64,000 bases of DNA from the NCBI GenBank assembly GCA_976226885.1, contig OZ320316.1, positions 80,104,001-80,168,000 on the forward strand. The letters run 5' to 3'. This stretch comes from Iphione sp. A-MEVVRFRX5. Its lineage: Eukaryota. Both the position numbers and the translations under genes were made by a program. The notes under the pieces were generated by a model. The model had not been told where the DNA came from, did not search any database, and saw only the letters and a program-made list of their open reading frames with translations. Shown one piece after another: positions 34,501 to 47,900 of the stretch (position 1 is its first letter; each line of letters begins with the position of its first letter).

Positions 34501-36552
34501 ATTTGCATTTCATCGCAGAACCAACCTTATATTCCTGATCACATTCATGTACTTGTAGCTTAGATAAACGTGCACGAAACTACATCGGTAATAGAAAGTT
34601 TACGTTGGATATAGATACATAGATTTCAAGTAAATATTCATACCGCGTATCAATTACATCCTTAACATCGGTCCACTGAAAATTTACTTATCAGATCATA
34701 TACATGTATACAGAAAGGCCGGAACAAATGTGGCGCATCTCCTGACTTGAGCGTTATGCGCGCGTCTATGTAAAATATGCAATTCCTTTTCCAAGCACTG
34801 GTAACATCGTATTGAAGCCGATTTGTGCATGGAGATGGCTTTCCTTATTAGGTTGCCCAGACAACTACGCCCTAGGGAACAATGAAATGTCGGGATCTTA
34901 TACTGATATTCATTGCAGAGCAATATTTAGTTAAAGGCTTGCTGGGTCAGATGAGGTCCAAGTGATATTTTGTGTCCAGTACGAAATGAGTCGCCCCGTT
35001 CTTATTAAACGTGATGTATTTTTCTACAAATTTAATATATTTTTATATTAGTTCATTGGTGTTGAGAAGAAAATGTAAACAACAAACCTATTAAATTGAT
35101 CTAACCGTTTACACGCACCGTCGTATCTGCCGAGTATAATAGAAATGCATGTACGATTTCAAGAATGAAATCAAGAATGAAATTTACTATATTGTAGTTA
35201 GGATTTTTAACTGATTTCTTCTTCACGGGACAAACAATTAGGAGATAGTGCACTGAGTCAGAGACTATCTGTAATTAGTTTCCAATTAATGCACCTGTGG
35301 AAGCTCTGACGTGGCCCAGAATATGACCTATCCAAGCCCAAGTACATCAGAATGAACCCTGCAAATGACACCCAGGTCGAAAGGCCATGACCGCCAAGCT
35401 CTCCTTAGTCATGAATATCAATGGATAAAAAGCAGTGTGTTCGTGAAGTCAAGGTCAGGCACAGGTCACATTTGCTATCCATATCACATGCTCACAATCT
35501 ATAGCAACCATAGAAATTAAGAAGGTAAGAGTGTGATAATGCTAACTAGCGGAGCTGGCACAACTGTAAACATGTGACTGGACATATCTGAAGCCTTAAT
35601 AAGACCATTTTCGTCAATTTTTTTGTGTCGTTTATTATGATGTTTCAAATGTACCATATTCAGCGTAAAAGCATCCCATCTAAAAGAATGTGTTGAGTAT
35701 GTATGTGCATCGCGTGAATTGATTTCACCGTCTGACATTATCTTTGTCGAATGAAGATGTCAGTCTATTCATAGCTTTGCCACTTATGTTGTCATGCAGC
35801 CAGTCTTGTGGATGCAGACCCTGCACGAGCACACCATGAGTTGACTGCATTTTGCCATTGTCTAGCGGGTCATCTCCTCCTCGCTGCTGGCTTCAGGGGT
35901 GTTCCAGCCGAGTACGTGTGCTGCTTACTCATGTGACCGATAGGGCAGGAGCTCACAGAGGGCAGATAGACTCACGCCTCTCATTCACGCTGGCCCCGAC
36001 TACATTGACCACCATCTCAGTAGCCCTCCCTACGGTCTACTTTTAACTCTACTAACCTCAGTTACTTTGCTTCCTTTTTTATGCTCGCCAGGGGACGGAG
36101 ATATGAAAAAAGTCTCCCCATGTACTCAACTAAGATGAATACCCCGAAAAGGTAAGGTTTGTGCATGTGGAAAACCGTCCAGCTTGTCACTGTGTAGCAT
36201 CGTCACCATATCTTATTAGCATTGTCTATCCAGATGTAGCATGTTGTTTGTACCGTATCACTAACTTCGTCACTTGCTTGCAACATGTAGTCAACATCAG
36301 TATCAAACGCTAACAAAGCCATGCAATACAGGGCAGAACATTTATCCTGCTTCTGTGAAGAAGCTGAAGCGTATTAAACAAGACGCGGATTTACGTTGTT
36401 ATCAGGCAATGCGTTCTGGTGTAACTAGAGTATAGGTTAGTAACTGATGCCCTGCAGCATGTTCTACTGAGTGTGTATGCACGTGAGTTATCAAATCATG
36501 ACCGGTAGGCAGTGGGGAGGTACACAATTATTGACGAATCACTGAACGTTAA

Positions 36553-36649
36553 AGTAACGGGTACCGCGGACGCCACCTTTACATATTATGACGTTATAAT
36601 GAGACAATGTCACAATTTAGTGAAAGTGACGTCGGCAGTACCCGTTACT
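36553..36649. mobile_element. 97-bp fold-back mini-element, Kolobok-like termini
   Basis: ~30-bp imperfect inverted arms AGTAACGGGTAC.GC.GACG.CAC; flanks TTAA left and TTAG right; RR...YY ends. Confidence 0.55.
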
Positions 36650-37913
36650 TTAGCCTCTGGCGAAGGGTCGATTACCTGCAAGGCAGAGAGTAAGGTGTTG
36701 CCAGGAAAAAAATGTCTGATAATAAATATGGTAGGTCAATTGCCTATTTGAAGCGGGAAGGCGTCCACGTAGTCCCAACATGGACAAATAGACCCCTTAC
36801 AGTCAAGATGCACGCAATGCCGTTTCAGCTGTCCAAGACACGCATTTGTCCTCGATTGTCAAATCGTATTTATCCTGACAATATGTTTTTCATTTGGTAA
36901 ACTATTTTAAAAGGTGACTAGTATAAGTTACAAACTCTGGATTTTGAAAAGATGAGAATCAACCATTTCTGCCCAGTATCGAATATATACAGTCGGCGCT
37001 CGGTGAAGATGTGGATTGGACTTTACTAAAAGATTAAAAGCTTTAGGTTACAATTTGGCTACCCCGCTGAAAAAGAGGTCATGCAAGCAGTTTACTCTCT
37101 CATGCACGGATATCTGCAAAGGCCACCCTGAGGTTCTCTTGAGAGGAGGGACGCGAGCCTGCCTCTAGACATAAAGGCAGGACCTCCTGAGCAGTGGACA
37201 GGGTGCTGCGATGGAGACAGGATGGAGAGGCTGGATCAGCCGCAGCATCACAGAGCGGAGATGTGCGCAAGCTAGACAGTACATTGCCATAGAGACCGTG
37301 GAAATGGGCGAGTCCCAGTGTGCATGCCATGTCCAGAGAGTCGGCTGTGTCATTTACATCTGCTCGCCTGCTGCTCTTGACACCTCATCGTCCATGCTGT
37401 CAGTGAATCAATAGTGGCCACATCGAGAAGACTCGGCCGATATTAAAACGCCGAGACATTCTGCTCCCCTTTCTCTTGCGCCGGCAGACCAGCTCCCATC
37501 GCCAGCGAGGCCGTCTTGCGGATGTAGCAAGGTGTTGGTCTCCTACATTTTGGGGAGGAGACGGGTGCTGCCTTCGGCCACAAAGCACACAGATGCTTGT
37601 CCCGTGTCTACAGCCAACCACTAGCCGCCTGACGCTTGCTCTCCACGCCGGCGGCCGGGCACACTGCCTGCCTCCAACCGTGTGCGCCTGTGCCACCCGA
37701 GCCCAGATGTCAATAATCATCACTGCCTCTGCAAGTGTTTAATAATTTTTGCGGGGTGCGTGCATAATAAATAGCCGGCACCCGGGTCCCAGAGTTGGAA
37801 CTGGGTAGGGCTAATCCAATGGAAGAGGCAAACAACAACTGAAAAGCTGGGCGTGGTGCGCTTTAAACGGTTCGTCAGTCGACAGGTTGGCGAGTTGGTT
37901 CGTCGGTTTGCAG

Positions 37914-38131
37914 CTGATCGCCGTCCGCAGCAGAACGTGGGACACCGGACCCATTCACCCGCTACCGGAGGACGCGGGAGTAGGCCACGCTTTCTCCGCC
38001 AGAACCGCACAGCCTGCCTACCCGTCCACAGAGCAATTGCCTAGACCGTCCATCTGTGTAGACAACAAGGAAGCCCTCCAAATGGCTCGAGTCTTTCCAG
38101 AAGCGCCCGGAAAGCTGGGTCCTAAGAAAAG
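37914..38131 (+). CDS. Candidate coding exon of an unidentified host gene (5' boundary uncertain)
   Basis: TTTGCAG acceptor at 37913, open frame ...NKEALQMARVFPEAPGKLGPKK, AAG|GTAAAA donor in phase 2. Confidence 0.5.
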
Positions 38132-38813
38132 GTAAAATTTGAAGACAGTCTTGCGTTAGGCTTTGAATACCGAGATAGTCGCATTTCTCACCTGATCTTG
38201 GAGCAGAGCATCTCGTGCGCGCCCGCGTTGTTTACACATCTATTATTAGCCAGCATGGTTACGAATCTCTCATGGAAGCGGATAACATTCTCAATGAAAT
38301 TTTAGTTGCTACAGCATACCCCTATAATGACATATACTTATACAAACACATTATCAAATGCATGGTGCGACTTAAAGTGTTTGGCCGCTTATTAGAATGG
38401 AACATGGAAGCACAATTTTTTGTCGGCATGTTTCCCAACTGTTTTCATGGCTGTCCACTGCATTGTTAATTGGATCGTTGCACCTGGCTTTTGTGATGGT
38501 TGTCGACCTGTCCTTTTTTCAGTTAATTGATTCTGAACATGTCGGGAAAGCTGCTGCATTGTAGTCACTTGCAGTCTCTAGTCATAGAGGCCTATGTAGG
38601 TACATTGAAAGATAAATTCATCTATAACTCGGACCGATGAACAATTGTGTACTAGTTAATATCTAAAGCATACTGAATTATCCCCCTTGCCTTACCGAAA
38701 TTGTCTATAAACAAAAGGTAGAATGGTGCGACGATAACCATTCTGATATCAACTCTATGAGGCCACGTCTGGTGATGCCTATGCCATTGTTCTAATGTAC
38801 GTCTTCGTTTCAG

Positions 38814-38948
38814 AGTATCGTTTGGTAGCACACACGGGTCAATGGTGGAGACCCTTATTATTGACGACATGCCGAACGATGAGAAGACTTTCTATCAGGA
38901 TACCCTTTTACAGCAGCAGAACAACAAACACGCCCGTCTGGAAAAGCG
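38814..38948 (+). CDS. Candidate 135-nt coding exon joining the previous exon in frame
   Basis: TCTTCGTTTCAG acceptor, GCG|GTAAGG donor, phase 2-2; spliced peptide KKRVSFGSTHGSMVETLIIDDMPNDEKTFYQDTLLQQQNNKHARLEKR. Confidence 0.55.
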
Positions 38949-41900
38949 GTAAGGGTTGCCCATTCTCAAAAAAATCTTTTTTTCAGAGAGGAGAGATATA
39001 CACTGTTTTTAACACTGACAAGTTTTGCACACCTGATAAACAAAGTCTGTCAACCAGCAAAATAAATGTCTACCCTTGTGTAACTCATTTGAAGTTTTAC
39101 TCTCATCCGGGAGAGGCGAGAATGCATATAAAATGTTTGTGAAAATGTCATGGTGCTAAAAGAAGACAGAATAATTCTCCTTTGATAGGTTTACTGTTCA
39201 TCACATGTGCTTTTTATGTAACGTGATATGTCCATGAATGTAGGCTATTTTCTCAGGCGACCACTTCTGCTTTGAAGACACTACTTTGAAGCCACTAGTT
39301 TGAAGATGTGAATGTAATTTATGGCCGATAAACACTGCCTTTTTAAAATAGGAAGGTAGATTGAAAGCCGGTAAGCAACATTCGAGTTCGAGATCCTGCG
39401 AAACTGATACTTTCACATGTACAACATATTTGATCAAACGAACACTTTGGAGATGGATATCTGGGAATGTAATTGCTGTACTATTGATAATATATATATG
39501 AAAATTTTTCCATTTCGTGTTTACTTTTCGTGTTACTTGAAAACGGGTTAGTTAGTTTTGTACCGTGCAAATAGAGAGGCAGTAAGGCTCGAAGATTTCC
39601 AGAGTAGCCAAACAATGCCGACTCTCTTTGCTAAATGTGCTCTTATGAGCTAGCATGAGGTGCTCCGTGTGATTGTAGGTCAGGAGAGCTGCTCTGATGC
39701 CCCTAACACGGAAGGACCTTCAGACGCTTGAAGGGGCAACTCATGTTTCTAATCAGCTTGCCTCCGGCTTCAGCAGCACACCTGCCTTGTTACTCTCCGT
39801 GGGAAAAAGTTACTTGGGAGGATGGGCATAGAAGACTAGTCGACAAGGTTATGTTGACTGTACATATACTCTTGTACCGATCACACATCATATTTCACGG
39901 CAAGAAATTCCTGGTAAGGAGCCTATTTGTGCGGAATTTAAATATACTGGGAATTTTAGGAGGGTGAATTCGTGACAGGGGCATGATTTGACTCCCCAGG
40001 AGCTTTCAAATCGTTAAACATCCAGAACTTGTGTCTTTGATAAAAGCCCTCTCGCCCAAAACGACCTTAGTTCCCGTCAAGCCTGCTTCGAATTTTCTCT
40101 TCACAGAAAGAACTCATCCAAACGCAAAACACACATACATATATTTGTGTATCCTAACGTTAATAGGCTTCGGCCGCAACATATAATTTGTTGCCTAATT
40201 AAACAGGCGAAATCCCTACACTAACTTTGGCCTGATCATTTTCTTTCAGGAGATCTAAATTTCCCCAATGTAGTGTTATTCAAATACATATGTAATCGCC
40301 AGGGCCTCTCATACTCAAGGTGTCACTACAGAACAGAGTACCTATGAATAAACCAAGGGCGCTAGTGTAGACTAAAACAGTTGCTGTTTTGGATGGCATG
40401 TTAAGGAGAGCGGAGCGGCAGTTATTACCTTTTCATAGGATCCTTTCATAATTGCTGAGTGCAGTGATTGCCAGCTGCTGTTTGGGCTATTGCGACCAAA
40501 TCTACGGGTAAAACAAACCGTCTGTCATTATTTATTGCTACATTATTTGGGTTAACCACAGATGGCAGGTTGAACTGTATTTCTAAGAAAACTTAATCAT
40601 CTCAGTCGGTATATGGTATAATTTCATGTCAGTTTTACCAGTCTATTTCACTCAAGACATTGTACTTTTATTTAGACCTCCTGCTCAATTTCGTTTGGTA
40701 ACAACCGGTTGTTTAAGCAGTCTCTAGAGTTCAGAAGAGTACATAGATCTACGTTTATTTCGATACCAGCTCGGAAGTAGTTTCCGAAGACACTTCTTGA
40801 TCCTTGGGGGAGGGGGCTTTACTTCCCGCCGAGTTTATTGATATGCTTAACAGCCGCATCTGGCTGACATTGAAACTGAGCTCTCATGTGACTTGCGAGT
40901 CTTAGCAGATATCCGCCAAATTATTATTCCATTTCGTCAGTGCGGGTGACCAGGCCACAGGCTATTTGATTAAGGTGCTTTCGACAGATGCCGTTTAGTT
41001 GCAGGTACACCGGGATCGATTTTATATGCCTACCTCGTGACCAGGCCTTATCGCCCAGTGATTCGGCATGCTACGGGTGTTAGAGCGGCGAATAGGCCCT
41101 GACCGTTAGGTGCTCGTTAAACCTGATATATGCAGGCAGTGCTGGGATTATTACCAGTCCGGCGCTCGGGTGATTTACCGCCAGCAGTCGCTCAAAGCGC
41201 CCTAGCTGCCCGCTGTGGCTTCGTCGGATTGGCTGGTGGACAAGTGACGGCTACATCTAGGCAGTGGTCGGGGTGACATGCCAGGAATTAGTTAGATTTC
41301 CTGGAGCTCTAGCACAGCAACCATCTAAGAGGACCCCCACCCCAAGATGTATGGACTCCAGAAGAAGGTTCTGAGGATGCATGATAGTCGCTCAGCAGTG
41401 TGTGTTCACCCTCAAACTCTGGATGAGCGTTGACGTAACCTCTACGGTAATACTGTAGACCGGAGATGATATAAAAATACTGCCCAAGATTGCTGATTTA
41501 TTTCCCCGCGGCATTTGTTGCGTAAGAGACTTGAGCCTAACATCACAACCGGTTATAATATGGGGTATTTCCAGATTGAATAACAGATGTCCATATAATG
41601 ACACAGTTCCCGTGTTCTGTTTGTGAACAGGATTTTCTGCCAAGTAAAAAAAATAATTTAATAATTACGAGCATGAAAAAAATCACGCGTTTAAGGCGCA
41701 ATCGGACTACGCTGTGAGCGGTTTTAGTTGTTTCCATGTGGCGCTTACCGCCACCTTCCTTATTCCTTGTTTACCCACCATTTCCATAAAAGCACATGAC
41801 CCGTGTCAACAGGAACGATATGAGTCAGAGTTCACGTGATAAACAAGTTCCCGGCTCCAGTAAAAATGTAATTGACAGCGCGGGGAAAAAATTAAATTGG

Positions 41901-44900
41901 GTCGACTTTTTATTGCTTTGATATATTTGCTTTCATTTTGGCATTTCACACTTCAAACAGAGGGAGAAATCTTTATCAAATGTTTTATGAGAGTTTGGCA
42001 TTGTTTCCTGACAATATCGTTAGAGGTTTCTGTGAGAGCAAGGTAGCAACTGCAAGATATGTGAGAATGATCCACACACGGTCTTCCTGGCTAGACTTTC
42101 AACTAGTTAACGTATAGTATCGATATTCCAAGCATATGGCTATATGAACGTTTTGTCCCCGACTGGGAATGACGATGAAGGAAATAAATCTGCATTTCTC
42201 ACCCGGACTGGCTCATTCGTGCCCCCCAAAAGGCAAACCACTTAAATCAGCACTCGCAGTAGAAACTACCGCAATCTCAGCTGTTATTTATAATGAAAGC
42301 ATCGAAATGGAAACAGCAATTATTTGCCAAGCATTGCTCAGTTCTCGGCGAAGGAGGTTCCCCGAGGTCATTCAGCAAAGGGTACACATTACGAGCGCGA
42401 TAGTAAAGCTGTATCGACCCCGCCATTACTCCAAACCCAGACGTGTGTTTTGATTTTTGATGGCATACAAGTAAAATGATTGTTCCATCATGAGGCATGT
42501 TGTTACAGTGCTCACACGCCCCTGCTGAAACGATGAACCAGTAGCGTGACTGCTACATCTGTTGATAGAGAGAAACGAGTGAACAGGCGCTCCATCCTAG
42601 TGGCACCCAATGTTGATTCCCATCGGAGATTTCTTGTTAATGAAAGATAACATCGCCGCAATGGTAATCGGACGTCCCGTATTCACACATGCTTCCTTCG
42701 GTGACATTTAATCTGATCGTACCGATAAAAGTATGCGGATTTACAGATGAAAAAGCTGAAAAAATTGTGACATGCTGAAATAAATATGTTTTATTCTCGG
42801 ATATAATTTTCATTGGATAGGCAGCATACATACTGGTAATGCATTTTTTGTGTCATTTTGAATCCGTTAAGGGTCCCGGACGTCGGCTGCCAGTGATCCG
42901 ACCCGGCCCGCCCTATTGTTGTCACATGGGACGGATTATAGTAAACGCGTCCAACATTTGGCTAATCACGTAGACGCCTGGACGGTCTCCAGCCCCTCAA
43001 GTGCGGCTGCCAACCTCAACAGGACCCTTTCTCCTCACACTCACTTCATCACTGGTTAATTGCAGACTCGCAACACACAACACAACATTGGTTCTGACTC
43101 AAGGGCAGAAGCCGATAGGAAAAGAACTCTGTGGACATGCTGAGGTGCTCTGTATGTTTGGCTCCTGGCTGCCTTGAGCGGCCTGTAGTTTGGCAGCCTT
43201 TTGAAAACTTACATGGGTGTTTGATAAGGAAGCTCTCACCAAATCGTAGCAAGATGTTGCTCTTTCATTATAATCAAGCCTTTTCATTAACCTGAAGTCA
43301 ACCTCATGACGATTTCAGAATGTTTTCGGTCAAATTTACTATTCAACAAAATTTTTATGCTAATTTTAGGCGGACTTATCAGATCTGGTGTTCTTTAGAG
43401 CAGTTGAAGGCAAATGGCGTTGATGAAGAACTTTAATTCCGCCAATAGCATCGCTGCCAAGACCGCTTATGTAATCATGATCACCATGGCACCAAGCCAC
43501 AGTAGCTGCAGATGGTTTCCATGGTTACTTAAACCTTTCTGTCTAGCTGATTTTATATCATCTATAGTTGTTGAGCCTACCAGAAATAATATGAACACAA
43601 GAACCAAAATTCGAGATGAGAAAAACATTTGTGTAACATTCTCCGCTCCTGCCATTCATCCACAGTACTTTAAAATGGTAACAAAAGTAGTGTATTAAGA
43701 GTAACATCGATAGTTTTATGAGTTCTCTCGTTGCCATTAGATTGAAACAATCCGTTGCTCAAAAACTATTTTGTATAGAGAGAAATGTTTGAACACATAT
43801 TAGTCCTAGGGACCTGGAATGTCGTTTGTTTAATACGGACAGCATTGCCTACCCTGATTGCTTTGCGATTTTTACAATGATAACGGTACTCAGCGTTAAG
43901 TGAGGTTTCTGGTAGCCATCGTGTTTTTCATTTGGCTTTTTATTCCCCGATTCCTATCGTGATATATTCATTCCAGCTTAATTACCTGATCCCTTTCACG
44001 GTAACGAGGGGGAGAAAAGTCAAAATCGGCTCAAGGAACATAATACAAAATATCGACAAAGGTCTATCTAGAGGAAACATGTAGTAAGAAAGCCGGCCAA
44101 CTTAGTTGTCCATGAAATTCCCCTTGCAAGCACTCCGATGTGATTTACGAGGTATTCAGCATGGAGGAGGCTTGGATCCCTAGACTAGACCAACCTCTTT
44201 TCTAGAGCAGTGCTGTGCTGCTCGGCAGTTTGCTGCCGACCTCCTCTCGCGGGCTGGTTCCACCTCTTCGGCCACAGGTATCAAATGTGGAAGTGATCAC
44301 AGCGAGCAGCGCTGTGTATGTGCATTTTACCTGTCCCAGCTGCCCAGTCAGTGGCTTTAATTCATGTTAGCGAGCGATCCAAAACTGGGTTCATTGAATA
44401 TTTACATTTCAGAATAATAAGAACCATGATATACATTTGCAGTCCCAAGGCCGTGCGGTTTTATGTAGATCGATTAATTTTTCAAGGACGTGAAATATAT
44501 GCCATTATTGGCTTTGGTCGATATATTGTTATTCCCAATACAATGTAACATATTAATTCATCCTAACATTCTTTTAAAATAGTTATGCGGTGTGTAGTTG
44601 CGAAAATTAAGCTTATCTGTGCTTGCAACCTTCCCTGCTAGTGGTCCAATGCCTGAACATCCCATCAACTCTTGCAAAGCTCTTTGTCCGCAGTGTCATT
44701 GAATAGTTATTATGACATCGGTCCTCGGGGAAGGGCAGTGGATCTTTATGGTATGATGGCAGGGGTCTGTGACTGTAGATATGGCTCAGCATGTCTGCAT
44801 GTGGATTTTCTCTGTGTGTATGTGCGTGTGCAGGACAGCAGGATAGTTGCATCTCTATCACAAAAAAGGGTAAATGGAACAATGAGATGAGGAGAAAACC

Positions 44901-47900
44901 TATTAGCATAAACTTGGATAGAAACATTGACGGTTACAATATGGAGACCTTAGGATATAAAAAACTAGAGATTTACAGACGACACCCTTTCACAATCTCT
45001 ATGACACCAACCGAACGCCTATAAATTGGCAGATCCTTTCGTATTATTTATTGCATTGTTAGTCATGATTACTGTGGTCTTTTTCATCATCTCGCTAAAA
45101 TGACTCGACTCAGCCTGGCAGATAGGGCCATTCCCACTTCAATACCGTAGCCCATTATGCGGAACTCTGCACAGATTCATTCTCAAGATCAATTTCCCTT
45201 TTTACGCTCTGTCAATGGCGGATCTTCATTATCATGGTCTCTCATGGAAACCTCAAACGGAAAGCGATAGCCCGACGTCAAACACATGCACTGTAGTCTA
45301 CCCGTCGTGGCCGCCATGTAAGACGGGTATAATCCATCTACGTACCGCAAGAAAAACCAATTATTATTGTAATGTCCGCCACTATTCCAACAGCCGCATG
45401 CCTTCATTGCCCAGCAACAACCCTGCCTCCAAGTGCGGCTTGTGGTATGGGGCAATGTTTGAGTTTCCTCTCAGTGCAGCAAGCAGCATCTGTAGACAGG
45501 AGGCAAGCACCCACCTATCATGGCCGGCGTAGGGCTCACCAAATGGCGTGCCAGTGGGTGGGCGGTTCTGTTGGGTTCCGGCACGGAACACGGGGCTGTG
45601 ATTTCATCGCTTGTGGATCCTAACAATGGCTAGATGCTGCTTCCGGAAATTTCTCCAGGGAGCTGTCACTGCTCACTGCTGTATGAAGATGTTTTGTTGG
45701 CCTCTCGCTAGAGACATTCCCTTGAAATACACGGGGCGCTGATGACGGCCCATTACTCCTCCCCCCAAATATTACATTTATGGAAGTGGAAAACGTCGCA
45801 GCAGCACAGTATTTCACCCTTCTTGACAGACATGAGATTGCGAATAACATTCCTTACATACACCTCGGATATCAAAATACCCTGGCTCTTCAAATTAAGC
45901 CCCATACGCATATTCGATAAGAAGCCTCCGCTGACTCACACTTCACAGCTGTTAGCTATTACATTGTAATGTTAGGACGAGGACAAGCGGGTATTAACAA
46001 TGAAGGGGGATAAATGTGGATTGTTTACACACACATCATCTCGCTGGCAATGATCCTGACAGGAATGGGTGCAAGTTGAGCAAATCTCCTCTAATCTTGC
46101 AATTGTAGCCTCCACTTAACACAAAGAGACATGTCCTTACTACGTCAACTGAACTGAGATGTATCTTATTTACTAATCATAATCATATATATAAAATGTT
46201 TACCATCGTTATTGGGCAAACATGATTCTTAGTTTTCGATATATTAAGGTATTGGTTTAGTTAGCAATTGGAACTACGAGATAGGCCTCGGCATTAGATA
46301 TAATCTACCTTATCTTAATGGCTGATAATGCGAGTGTAACGTATCTCAATGTTCATAGCTCCAGTCCGAGGAAGACAACTTTCATGGTGTTAAAAAGGAA
46401 TAATCTAAGAGATTTTTTATCATCAGCCTAGAACTTCCTGTCGCAGTCTGCTGTGGGCCGATTCAGCCGACTTTTTATAAACTTTTAACCCTGGCAAAAT
46501 AAGGCCGTTCAGTGATCGAATTAACAAAATGGTGAATGAATCTTTAGCAAAACAAATTATTAAGAACAATGATTGAAAGTTACAAGTGGCCAAGATGTAG
46601 GGCTGGAAACAGATATTTTTTACTTGGTCTTGGTAACAAAGTTTTATATATCACTATAAAGACCAGCAATCTTAATTTATTTGAGTATAATTGCCTCTGT
46701 TATTCCTTCAATCTCATGGTAACACAACACGGTTGATACTGTAGCATATTTTATTAGAGACAGCCCGACTGTTCCAATATGTATGCATATATAATGTAAA
46801 CTTGTATCACCATGTATACATATACACAAGTATATAAATGCAAGTGAAGATAACCTGTCATGTGGGTTTGAACAGTGACATAATGCTGTTCTTTTGACAA
46901 AACTGGAGCAAACGAATAATCTTTAAAATGCAGCAAATCTATCTGTCTGATGCTTCAAGCTGAAACCTCCCCTTGGGGTACCCGGTGTGACATTTGAGTG
47001 CGAGACTCAATTAATTCTTATGAGCTATCGGGTAACGAGAAATCAGCGATCACGTTCTGGGCCTTGCTCTGCTTACACTTGATATAAATATCATCTCCCA
47101 CAGAGCTAGTCATGATGAATAATGAATTCATTCGTGTGGGAGTCAACCACAATTGATTAATCTAAAAGAAAAACTAATGATTTTGTGCTTTATATTCATG
47201 AACTGTAAAATTTTATTAATGGTCTAATCGGAATCCCAGCAAACTGGCCAAAAGGCACAGGCCTACAGTCTTTTTGAAATATTTATACAAAGGCTAAATA
47301 TATCTAGATCTGTAAAAAATCTTTGCAGGTAAAGTAAAAGGTTGTGCATATAGCCCGGCATATAGCCAGTAAGGAGAGAGTTAAATCTGTAGCCAGTTAC
47401 ATTATCTATATTTTTCCATTAACGATATCACCTGATGCATTAGTATTTACAAGATAACTTAATCAAGACAGGAGCTAAAATATGAAGTATATCTGACAAA
47501 CTGATTGTGGCGTTTCATGTTTGATGAGCTACTGGGTACAGACAAATATCTTACTTCACAGTTCCTGACAGCGACGAAATGAGGGAAACGGATGAAACAA
47601 GACTATGATTGATTGCTCCTGTTATCTGTGACGAGTCGCTAAATTTACATTGGTTCCTTAAAACATTTTTACCACAAGGGTCAGATCCATAAAGGAGGGG
47701 AATCTAAGGAGATACCAGATATTTCCACCGGAAATATCGATATCTATCTCGCCAAATGGATGATGAAATTCCTTAGAGAAGAAAAATTATCCAGAAATGT
47801 ATATGTGTATCCCACATTTGTTGTGTACGTCTAACAAAGGGAGCATCTTACGTGTGACTTTGCAGACTGGGCTCGTCTCCAATTGTTCACCAGCTGTCCA

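Noticed and set aside
33968-34538. VWDIAGRDR resembling small-GTPase WDTAGQE; alternatively decayed Ulp1-like protease
   Set aside because: G-box motifs absent or out of order; no catalytic triad verifiable
35500-35900. - strand GLHPQDWLHDN...HTYSTHSF resembling a Ulp1 protease start
   Set aside because: Frameshifted and lacks a recognisable HW...D...Q..C core
37170-37520. SRSITERRCAQ resembling the Gypsy RNase H motif SRSLT..ERRYAQ
   Set aside because: Only a few residues match; insufficient without alignment
43400-43655. Hydrophobic signal-peptide/TM-like short - strand ORF
   Set aside because: Short, interrupted by stops, no splice support; hydrophobicity is common in AT-rich random frames
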